Source: Octopus sinensis (taxonomy: Eukaryota). Taken from it: DNA of 64,000 bases. The stretch is taken from contig NC_042999.1 of the NCBI RefSeq assembly GCF_006345805.1, positions 174,158,001 to 174,222,000 on the forward strand, read 5' to 3'. Of the stretch, positions 53,716 to 64,000 are shown in pieces. The notes under the pieces are model-generated. The model did no database searches and was not told the DNA's origin. It saw only the letters and a program-made list of their open reading frames with translations. Each line of letters starts with the position of its first letter. The stretch's first letter is position 1. Position numbers and translations under genes: made by a program.

Positions 53716-53930
53716 TTAAGACGGCGAGCTGACAGAAACGTTAGTACGCCGGGCGAAATGCTTACCAGTATTTCCTCTGTCTCAGAGTTCAAATTCAACC
53801 GAGGTCGACTTTGCCTTTCGGGGTCCATAAATTAAGTACCAGTTGCGTACTGGGGGTCGATCTAAAAAAGATTTGGGCCTTGTTCCTCCCCTAAAAAAAA
53901 ATTCGGGCCTTTTCCTAGAGTAGAAAAGAA
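53716..53930 (+). mobile_element. SINE family 1 copy
   Basis: AAGACGGCGAGCTGACAGAAACGTTAG head through CTAGAGTAGAAAAGAAT end. Confidence 0.85.
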
Positions 53931-54929
53931 TATAGGAACCGAGAATGTATATTTAGTAGGTTAAATATATAATCCTTACCATATATTTTCAGATGCTTTT
54001 TCATCAGATATCCTCATAAATAAAAGTAAAAATTTAAATTTTATTTTCTTATAATACTTATCGGCTTTGGCTTTATTATTTCTATTTCACACATATTAAA
54101 CAAAATTTTTTATTTCATTTACTAGGAAGGAGATTGAATATAACTTTTGATACTGATGTATAAATATTCATTACATATTTGGGTTATAGAATGAATTTAA
54201 TTTAAATTAATTATTTATCCAAATTCAAATTTCGGAAACATCATTTTAATAATAGCAGCTTTTTCAATTTGTTAATTCTTTACAATTTTTTCGCTTTTAT
54301 AACTGAAATTAATCCTTTTTCAAATTAAAACAAAGGTTATAGACGTTATGTTAAAATAGTTCAACATTTTCTGTGTAAAATTCCCTTTTCGCAGCTCTCA
54401 TAAACAACCTCTGTTCTTGAAGATATTACCTTCTTTTTTCAGAGTATGGGGTTTATATTCATAATTTCATAAAACGAGATATTTCATATAACGATATGTA
54501 TATTAAACATCTCCCATTCACACAATTTTCACCCAACTTGCTTATGTTCTTATTTTGGCTATTTCTATTCTTCTTTTTGTATTTTTCTTTACTTATAATG
54601 CTACTCCACACAATACGTCTATTTATTCCTCTTATGATTCCTTTAACATGATTACACATGACTGATGTTTCCTCATCTAACATAGTTTTAAAGACTAAAT
54701 TTAAGGGAAGTTGAAACTTATCATTTAAAAACAAATAACTTTATGTTGAAAGCATTACTTATAACACAACACAAACCTAAAATAAACACAGACTATAAAT
54801 ACACGTGACAAACAAAATATACATATGAATAATGGCATATGAATCCATCCATCATTTTTTCCACCAGCTATTCCTGGGAAGATTGTAAGAGCTAAGTACT
54901 CACGCACCTCCACATAGGACCCTATCAGA

Positions 54930-55260
54930 AGCAACAGGCATTATAATTTCCGGTTGGATTCCCAAGCGTAATCAACTGAGAGCCTAGATATTATCAACAC
55001 TTTTTGGTCGACACTTCGGCCTCTTGCTGGTTGACTTGGCTGTAAGAATCTATTTTGAAATTCTTTCCTGCGATATTTTAATCACATGTCCGAAGTACCA
55101 GAGCCGTTGTATCTTGATGTCGATAAGTAGCAGCTCGACCTGGAGAACCACGCTGATCTTCAAGCTACACACCTTGTGGATTAATGTTAGTTCAGAGATC
55201 CTGCATATAAATCTAGCGATTAAATTTCAAACTGAGCAAAACATCTCAACGTCTAAAACA
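54930..55260 (-). mobile_element. Old RTE-clade LINE remnant
   Basis: QRLWYFGHVIKISQERISK*ILTAK..KRPKCRP ... LRLGIQP resembles RTE LRWFGHV.RM..ER..K....GKRPRGRP. Confidence 0.6.
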
Positions 55261-56172
55261 AAATCAGGCGATAAAATCTATAGAAATACCACTTCACTGC
55301 TCTAAAAGAAGACAGATACATACAGTAATGACACTTTATCTTCTGATGAGAATTTGATGATTGGTGATTTTGGATTTAAGAATTTTATTATTCCAAAGGA
55401 ATTATAAGGTATATTCATAGGTGTTCGCGCCTCGAAAATATTACCTCGGCTTTCTTGGCAGAGCAGCATTTACAGGTGTTGTAGAAACCCACACAGGAAA
55501 AACACTCTTGATTGCAGTGACTGCTTTTAAAGACACTATTTATTTGTCTTATCCTGGTGTTCCCTTCAGTCATCTTTTAAGTGGGTTTCTCCGACAATTC
55601 GGAGTTTAAGTGGATTTCTCCGACAAGTGGGTTTCTTCAACGATCATTTTTGACAGTTTGGTACGCGCACACACAAACACACACACATTTACACTTTTGG
55701 AAAATATGTTATGATTCACACTTTTGAATCACTCACTTCTTCTCTCTCTACCCTCCACTTGCCGCTCGACTGCCCGGCTACTGTCGATTGTTAAGTTACA
55801 TGGGTATGTAACTTAAAGCCAGTTACCCACCTATGCAGTCCTTCTTTGGCTACTTCCTCCGTTTGTCTTAGCCTTTCTCTCAAGAAACGAACGCTTTTGT
55901 TCTCTACTATTTCTTCCTTCGGCCATTTTCTATCACTCCTGTTCGCAGATGTGGTCAACCATCGAAATCTTTCCATCATACTTCCTTGAATATATGTTAA
56001 TGAACTTTCACTATCTATTTTTGTTTTACGGTTGCAGACTTAAACGAAAATATACTTTTTCACCAACACATACTTTCGGATTAAGCACACGCAGTCATAC
56101 ATGCTATTAACATCGTACCTATAAGACACAAGTTCGACATCTTCACAGCACTCTTTAATCACTTTTTCGACA

Positions 56173-56237
<65 letters not shown>

Positions 56238-56251
56238 ACTATCTATCTATC

Positions 56252-56319
<68 letters not shown>

Positions 56320-56357
56320 GTATGTATGTATAAGGATGAAAAGGAACACACGAGTTG

Positions 56358-56633
56358 ATATATATGAAAAAACAAGTCAAGATAGAAAATGCTAAAATAA
56401 TTTTATAAAGAACATTTCAGTACCGGTTTCAGTCATTTTGAGACCTTTTCAACTGTAACGATTAAATAATTAAATTTAGAAAAATCAAAAGAAAATTTTT
56501 TTTTAATTTTTCTAAATTTAATTATTTAATCGTTACAGTTGAAAAGGTCTCAAAATGACTGAAACCGGTACTGAAATGTTCTTTATAAAATTATTTTAGC
56601 ATTTTCTATCTTGACTTGTTTTTTCATATATAT
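56358..56633. repeat. 276-bp near-perfect palindrome (128-bp arms) derived from a PLE end
   Basis: 56358-56485 is the exact reverse complement of 56506-56633. The 20-nt spacer CAAAAGAAAATTTTTTTTTA is itself almost self-complementary. Flanked by (TA)n. Confidence 0.95.
56533..56576 (+). ncRNA. Class B (U3:A8) hammerhead in the palindrome; mirror copy on minus at 56415-56458
   Basis: UUACAG-UUGAAAA-GGUC-UCAAAAU-GACU-GAAA-CCGG-UA-CUGAAA: stem I CAG/CUG, 4-bp stem II, palindromic ACCGGU. Confidence 0.65.
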
Positions 56634-56644
56634 ATATATATAAA

Positions 56645-56870
56645 GTTAATCCAAACATGAAAACACAAAGAGAAAACACAACAACGCGAGGACGTGGAAC
56701 AAATGTAGTATTATTGGACGCTCAGGAAGGAAGGGAACAAGGAGGGTTTTACGTTTCGAGCGGAGCTCTTCGTCAGAAACATAGGAAAAGGAAAGATCCA
56801 GAGAAGGGAAGACGGAAGAAAAAAATCGCCAACGGTACACACGCGGTACACACACATACACACATACATA
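56645..56870 (-). mobile_element. Short PLE 3'-end fragment
   Basis: Shares the hammerhead and downstream GAGCG..AATAATAC..TTGTT layout with 13656-13820. Ends in (TA)n next to the palindrome. Confidence 0.65.
56746..56780 (-). ncRNA. Minimal type I hammerhead (class A), all core residues intact
   Basis: GUUU-CUGACGA-A-GAGC-UCC-GCUC-GAAA-CG-UA-AAAC: 4-bp stem I, 4-bp stem II, palindromic ACGU, GUA triplet. Confidence 0.72.
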
Positions 56871-57359
56871 CACACACACACATGCACACACAGACATACA
56901 TACGCACACACACACGTGCGTGCGATCAGACATCCTTACACGCACGCCCGCACAGCCTCATCACGTAGTCTTACACACTTCTCACACCTAACACATACTG
57001 ATATCATTCCCGCATTCACACTAATCGATGTCAACAAATTTATACACATGTACACATCTACATATATCCCACAAAATACTCATGCAACTACCATTCCTCC
57101 GATGTCCACAAACACAGACACACTCCATCTACAAACCTTCCTCCACATTCCTTCTTGATTCTCCTTCAAAGAAAGGTATTCTATCTGGCTTTTAGCCCTT
57201 CATTTTCCTTTGTCTTCTTTCCCCATTTATTTTATCGTTATGACTTCTTTACTGCACTCTCGCTCTCTCTTTTCTCTCTCTCTCTCTCTCTCTCTTCTTT
57301 CACTCTCAGTCTCTCTCTCTCTCCCTTTCCATCAATCACTCTCTTTCTGTGTCCTTTAC

Positions 57360-57530
57360 TCTCTCATTTTCTCAGTACCACAGTCTCACGACCTCTTCCT
57401 TATTTATTCTCACCATGTTTCTCCTAATTCTTTCCTCTCTGAAGAAGGACTAACGGCTGAAACGTCAACACACTACCCATTTATTTGAAATACTTTCAAG
57501 CGTTAAACTTATTTCAAGTGTTAAATTGCA
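57360..57530 (+). mobile_element. Degenerate PLE 3'-end fragment with a hammerhead remnant (57439-57466)
   Basis: CTGAAGA-A-GGAC-TAAC-GGCT-GAAACGTC then ...CAAGCGTTAAACT, similar to 33455-33620. Stem I is lost. Confidence 0.5.
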
Positions 57531-57599
57531 TACTCACACATACACTACACGCACACACACACACACACATAAATATATATGTGTGTGTGTGTGTGTGTG

Positions 57600-57630
<31 letters not shown>

Positions 57631-57912
57631 TGTGTGCATATATATATATATATATGTATATATTCTAATGGTTCAAGCAGTGAAAGTGGATATTTTTACT
57701 GTGGCATTGATTGTGGTACAGCCTCCAATTTCATGCAGTTCTGCTGAGATTTATGCTGCTGATGCTGATGGGGATTATGACGACGAAGACACCAGCAACG
57801 CTGATGTTGAAGATGAAAGCGAAAATGTTTACGCAGCAACATTCACTTGCCAAAAACAGACATATCCGAACAAATACATACAATACATAGAAATATATAT
57901 ATATTATATTAT

Positions 57913-58009
<97 letters not shown>

Positions 58010-59500
58010 CTTGCAAAAATATAGTTCCATATACACACAAATATATACATAGAAGTGATGATGTATAAAAATTATGCCCAAATAGCATACGCTCACTAAC
58101 ATAACTTACAATACTGTATTTTAAATGTAGGTATATATGTGGCTGTACGCATGTGTATATGTATGTGTGTATGCGTGCGTGCATGTATACATATATAAAT
58201 ATAGAGAGACAGACAGACAGACAGAAAGAGAGAACGAGAGAGCGGGAGAAAGAGCGTGTGAGTGGAATAGCGAGAGGGTAGATAGAGGGAAAGGGTATGT
58301 ACATAAACATTTATATATATTTTATGTATAATTTATAATATATCATATATACATTCCCTTATAGGTAAAATATATATCTGCCCTTATAGATACATACATA
58401 CATACGTATTCATATTCATATATACACACATATATATATTTTAGGTTATAGATAACATAATTATATATAAAGTATATAAAGTATATTTATGTATATGTTC
58501 AATATATGTATTTTATCTGTCAGTTTCTTTCACATTTTTTCTTTTGTATTAAGTTTTTTCTTGTTCTAGTCTCGTGTGAATTAAACTTTCTTGTGTTCTT
58601 GTGTTCTTATGCTCTTGTAACCTGTAATGAACTAACTAAATGTAATTGGAAGTTTCCAGAATAGAGAAGTAAAAGTAAAATAAATCACGAAACGTAACAT
58701 GCTGCTGTTTTTCCAAGCATGAACTGCAATGATTTGATAATATTGTTGTTTGTTATACAAGATTTTGCAACTGTAAATGTTATTGTAGCGTTAGATGTGT
58801 TTGCTGTTTATGGTGTCGGCCATTTCTATTGCTGCCTGCAATAAAAAACAATAATTCCGACACAAATATGGAGTAGATTCAGATTTATACGAGTGAAATA
58901 TTTCATGGGAATATGTAGCAAATCATGCAATTTATGTGATTGTTGTTGCTGTGGTTCTTGTCGTTGTTGTTGTTGTTGATGATTTGTAACTTTCATATCT
59001 GCTGCGACGATACAATCTCTTATTCAGACATAGTTTATCTACATCTACATTAACCTTTTTAAGACGTTAGGGCGTGATTTGATGTAGATTTGGCACCTCA
59101 AACGACTGCCTGTAAACCATTAAGTTGGCACAATGTTTCAGGAGTTTCTTTTGTTGTTGTTGGTGCTGCTGCTGTTGGTGCTACTCTTGTTGTTTTGCTG
59201 TTCATGTTGTTGCAGTTTGGAATGTTTATCCTTCGTCTTGTCTCACAGCCATATGGAAGAACGACAACTTCTTATTACAGAAACATTATAGATAGATATA
59301 TCTCGTCACAGCTCCTACTAGCTTGAATCTAAACTGTGGTATTACGAAGTATTTTAATCTTGACATGTATAATCTTAATCTTGACATGTATAGCAGTGGT
59401 CGAATATATGAAAGGTTCAGATGCGAGAAATGATCTCTTAAAATGAAATCCCAAATCACTTGAAAGATAGAAATTAACTGCCTATATATATATATATATA

Positions 59501-61087
59501 TAAGAATGAATGTTTTTATATATAATGAACGTGAAATACAGGAAGGGACGAACACGGAACACAGACAAATCATTCGAAGCCTTCAATCTTCAGTCAGACA
59601 CCGAATCATCATAGCAAATTTTGGCTGTTCAATTCTGATATTTGCTCCAACTCGGCCAGCCCCAAGAAAAAAACTAAGCTGTAAGCATTAGATTTCTTGG
59701 TAGAAGACAGGAATGTGAACGCATAAGACGGATGTAAATACAAGAGACGAAAACGAAATTGAAAACAGTAATGAATAAACAAAATATATATAACGGTGGT
59801 TGTCATACGACTTTAGACCAAATGAGACAAAACAACAACAACATAGCAGCTGGCGTAGAAATAATTAATACCGTTTCGGTAGCGGGGACACATGTTGGTC
59901 AAGATACGATGGCCAACAGAATGGTTAAGAATCAGCAGGTCGCAGGAGAGAGAGAGAAAGAGAGACAGAGAGAGAGGGAATCAAAGAGGGTGGAAGGCAG
60001 GGGACGAATCAGTGACCAAGAGAAAGGAGAAAGAAGGGATTAAGGAGGATGGGAGGAAGAGGGGGGAAGATCGGAGGGCGCCAAAATAGTTTGGTGAAGA
60101 AGCAAGGGCGGGTAGGAAAACAGTGTGTATAGAAGTCGTGCAGGGTTTAAAATTGGACAACAAACGGGGGGGTGCACGTAACGCCGCAATAATATAAGAA
60201 TGAATGTTTTTATATATAATGAACGTGAAATACAGGAAGGGACGAACACGGAACACAGACAAATCATTCGAAGCCTTCAATCTTCAGTCAAAACCGAATC
60301 ATCATAGCAATTTCGGCTGTTCAATTCTGATATTTGCTCCAACTCGGCCAGCCCCAAGAAAAAAACTAAGCTGTAAGCATTAGATTTCTTGGTAGAAGAC
60401 AGGAATGTGAACGCACAAGACGGATGTAAATACAAGAGACGAAAACGAAATTGAAAACAGTAATGAATAAACAAAAAAATATATATAACGGTGGTTGTCA
60501 TACGACTTTAGACCAAATGAGACAAAACAACAACAACATAGCAGCTGGCGTAGAAATAATTACCGTTTCGGTAGCGGGGACACATGTTGGTCAAGATACG
60601 ATGGCCAACAGAATGGTTAAGAATCAGCAGGTCGCAGGAGAGAGAGAGACAGAGAGACAGAGAGAGGGAATCAAAGAGGGTGGAAGGCAGGGGACAGAAT
60701 CAGTGACCAAGAGAAAAGGAAGAAGAAGGGATTAAGGAGGATGGGAGGAAGGGGGGGAAGAATCGGAGGGCGCCAAAATAGTTTGGTGAAGAAGCAATGG
60801 CGGGTAGGAAAGACAGTGTGTATAGAAGTCGTGCAGGGTTTAAAATTGGACAAACAAACGGGGGGGGGTGCACGTAACGCCGCAATAATATAAGAATGAA
60901 TGTTTTTATATATAATGAACGTGAAATACAGGAAGGGACGAAACGGAACACAGAAAACAGACAATCATTCGAAGATTCAATCTTCAGTCAGACACCGAAT
61001 CATCATAGCAAATTTCGGCTGTTCAATTCTGATATTTGCTCCAACTCGGCCAGCCCCAAGAAAAAAACTAAGCTGTAAGCATTAGAT

Positions 61088-61088
<1 letters not shown>
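59501..61088. repeat. Tandem array of 2.3 copies of a ~695-bp unit inside a (TA)n tract
   Basis: Units start TAAGAATGAATGTTTTT at about 59501, 60196 and 60891; the third is truncated at 61088. Confidence 0.95.
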
Positions 61089-61120
<32 letters not shown>

Positions 61121-61391
61121 ATATATATATATATATAGATTATATATTTAGCGACGAAAATATTTTGACAAATTAAACTTAAATGTTGAAGTGAATCGAA
61201 CGGCTTTTGTGTGTTTTTTAAATGGCTTACAAACACCTTCCCGCTGCAATTGTTTGTGTTCCAGCACACGATCTCAGATTAAACACTTGCTATGCGAGTA
61301 CATCTCCTTAATATATATATATTATATATTATATATATATATATATATATCTTATATATTATATATATATATATATAGATATATATATATG

Positions 61392-61425
<34 letters not shown>

Positions 61426-61537
61426 GTGACGCATATTTGCCATTTGAATATGGCTAACCCCTAAGGGTGGATGCTATGTAGTTTGTAACCCCCAACACTC
61501 CTCTGAATTATCATTGTTATATATATATATATAATAC

Positions 61538-61568
<31 letters not shown>

Positions 61569-61583
61569 TATTATATATATATA

Positions 61584-61906
61584 TGCTGAGAACCCCTTCG
61601 GTATGACTGATCATGGTATTGCACCTAGAAAGTTACCCTCCCAGGCACAAGTCCCGGCAAGGTTGTTTATGGAAGACCAGCAGTCACCCATCCCCTCTCC
61701 ACGCCACCAGTGTTATCCAAGGGAAAGGCGACAAAGGCCGATACACTTTGGCGCCTGTGACGTCACAACTCATTTCTACAGCTGAGTGAACCGGAGCAAC
61801 GTGAAATAAAGTGTCTTGCTCAAGAACACAACACGCAGCCCGGTTCGGGATTCGAACTCACTATCTCATGATCGTAAGCTCGACGCTCTAACCACTGACC
61901 TATGCA
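61584..61906 (-). mobile_element. tRNA-derived SINE family 3 with a CORE-like central domain
   Basis: Minus strand head GTCAGTGGTTAGAGCG ... GAGTTCGAATCCC, then GTGTTCTTGAGCAAGACACTTTATTTCAC. Confidence 0.8.
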
Positions 61907-61950
61907 CATATATATATATATGTGTATATATATATATATCCACATACATA

Positions 61951-61981
<31 letters not shown>

Positions 61982-61991
61982 GCATGTATGT

Positions 61992-62078
<87 letters not shown>

Positions 62079-62804
62079 CTGGGTCATCCCATAAATAATG
62101 AGGTTTTGGCAAGTGCATTAACAAAACGTCGGAGGGGGACGACATAAACTTCCTGCATCAACTTGCTATAAAAACAGGTAGTAAATTCTGCCTTGTACTT
62201 ATTATTACTGCAAGTTTTGAAGAGTGCAGTTAGACTATAACAGTTATTTTTTCAAAGCTATAATGGAAATGGTAAAGAAGCATATTCGGTATATTTTGCT
62301 TTATGAGTTCAATAAAGGCGACAACGCAACGGGAAGTGCGAGGAATATTAATTCAGTATATAGAGACTGGACAATAACCGTAAACCAGTGTCAACAGTGA
62401 TTCCAGAAATTTCGAGCCGAAAACTACAGCCTAGATGACGATCCTCGTGCTGAAAGATCTGTACAGCTCAACGAGGGCGTCCTGCAAACCCTGGTGTAAC
62501 AAACTCGCAAACCCTGGTGTAACCATATTCGCCGACCATTGCCCAATCTGATTATCATTTATTCTGCAGTCTTCAAAATTATTTGGACGGAAAAAATATG
62601 AATTCTGTAGACGAGGTCAGGACAGTACTAGAGGAGTATTTTTCGTCACGGTCAAGTGAATTTTGGAATAGAAGCCTTGCAAGTCTACCAGATAGACAGA
62701 AGAGCATTGTAGAAAATGAAGGAGAGTATATTTTGGATTTAAAAAGAACTTGTTTATCCTAATTTGAAAAGTAAAAAAACTGCATTATTTATTGGATGAC
62801 CTAA
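62079..62804 (+). mobile_element. Internally deleted mariner with both TIRs and TA target duplications
   Basis: TIRs CTGGGTCATCCCATAAATAATG / CATTATTTATTGGATGACCTAA. MEMVKKHIRYILLYEFNKG ... fused to ...SPTIAQSDYHLFCSLQNYLDGK ... IVENEGEYILD. Confidence 0.9.
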
Positions 62805-62809
62805 TATAT

Positions 62810-62875
<66 letters not shown>

Positions 62876-62922
62876 ATAATATAATATATATATATACATA
62901 CATACATACATACATACATACA

Positions 62923-62954
<32 letters not shown>

Positions 62955-63000
62955 CATATATATATATAAAATATATATACAATATATACATAATTATATA

Positions 63001-63044
<44 letters not shown>

Positions 63045-63051
<7 letters not shown>

Positions 63052-63835
63052 CATCCACTCGTGACCGAGGAAGACCATTGCTGACCTTCAGGAACATTGT
63101 GATCTCTAGGACTAATTTATATTTTGTATTTGCGGCTCTATTGGTGGCTAATGAGTCCTGCTCTTGACAAGCGTACACGACTGCAAACATCGCAAACCAA
63201 GCTTTCTCCATTCTATTTCTTTACAACCCACAAAGGGTTAAACACAGAGGGGACAAACAAGGACAGACAAACGGATTAAGTCGATTATATCGACCCCAGT
63301 GTGTAACTGGTACTTATTTAATCGACCCCGAAAGGATGAAAGGCAAAGTCGACCTCGGCGGAATTTGAACTCAGAACTCAGAACGTAGCGGCAGACGAAA
63401 TACTGCTAAGCATTTCACCCGGCGTGCTAACGATTCTGCCAGCTCGCCGCCTTTCTCCATTCACTACACCAGCGATGCGCTTTCGAGCACCATGCTTAAG
63501 TTCTTCATGCAGAATACGTGCTCTCTCAAAAGTGTCGGTCCCCTCCTTAACCTGCTTCCTCCATCTGTGGTGATGACAGGCAGTGTTCTTCCAGTCAGTC
63601 TCCTGAATATCACAGGCCTTTAATGAGTACTTGACACAGTCCTTAAATCGCAGCCTTGGTTTCTACCGGGGTCTATTTCCATTCACAAGTTCCTCATATA
63701 GCATCTGCTTAGGGATCCTGTTATCCTTCATTCTAATAAGGTGTCCAGTCCAACGTAATCGGTGCTTGTGCACCATCGCCTCAATACTCAAGATATTAGC
63801 TGTCCTCAGGACATGGTGTCTATAGTTTTTAAGGC
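63045..63835 (-). mobile_element. RTE-clade LINE 3' end, interrupted by a SINE
   Basis: SIEAMVHKHRLRWTGHLIRMKDNRIPKQMLYEELVNG.RP..KPRLRFKD ... then LVCDVCSRVRLSRAGLISH. (AT)n tail. Confidence 0.85.
63213..63453 (-). mobile_element. SINE family 1 monomer inserted in the RTE
   Basis: TSD CTTTCTCCATTC at 63202-63213 and 63451-63462. Ends at AAAGAAATAG. Confidence 0.9.
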
Positions 63836-63842
63836 CCAGTCA

Positions 63843-63921
<79 letters not shown>

Positions 63922-64000
63922 ATCAAAATAAGCAACAAGGATATCCAAGGTAGAGTAGTACAAATGTTTCATGCTACTTCATTTTATTAAACACTGTAAG

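Noticed and set aside
55342-55349. Isolated CTGATGAG
   Set aside because: No stem II or GAAA downstream, so not a hammerhead.
55791-55979. 62-aa minus ORF ending in an 11-bp hairpin (TTAAGTTACAT-GGGT-ATGTAACTTAA)
   Set aside because: No homology recognised, no acceptor site, and an AT-rich 11-bp stem is too weak alone.
57660-57860. Acidic peptide [22 protein letters not shown]
   Set aside because: Low-complexity GAT/GCT-derived sequence between microsatellites with no exon boundaries.
59090-59326. 78-aa ORF with a hydrophobic stretch
   Set aside because: The hydrophobicity comes from (GTT/GCT)n degeneracy; no recognisable domain.
59575-59885. Hammerhead-like fragments in the 695-bp repeat (minus strand CUGAAGA...GAAU and GAAACGGUA)
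   Set aside because: Core, stem II and stem I cannot be assembled into one fold.

Overview
AT-rich, microsatellite-saturated eukaryotic DNA, most likely intronic or intergenic sequence from a coleoid cephalopod (Octopus-like; inferred from the SINE families and repeat density, not verified). No host protein-coding gene can be supported, and almost all short ORFs in the track are translated microsatellites. The window is a transposon graveyard. It holds (i) a near full-length Tx1/L1-clade LINE (45.5-51.65 kb, minus) abutting a (GATA)n array; (ii) a 5'-truncated Neptune-type Penelope-like element (PLE) with an inverted pseudo-LTR (40.4-44.4 kb); (iii) a second PLE of a different clade (21.1-22.1 kb); and (iv) R4/Dong, RTE and CR1 fragments, five mariner derivatives plus MITEs, and three tRNA-derived SINE families. 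The most interesting signal is a set of minimal type I hammerhead ribozyme (HHR) motifs on both strands. Class A (CUGANGA+A, stem III ACGU) occurs in four short PLE-end fragments. Class B has the covaried U3:A8 core (UUGAAAA ... GAAACCGGUA) and occurs in both arms of the Neptune element and in both arms of a 276-bp near-perfect palindrome at 56.36-56.63 kb. Other notable items are an RTE ending in three C2H2 zinc fingers, a SINE repeatedly joined to itself at one junction, and a 2.3x ~695-bp tandem array inside a (TA)n tract. Coordinates were read by eye and may be off by a few bases; clade assignments come from motif recognition, not database searches.
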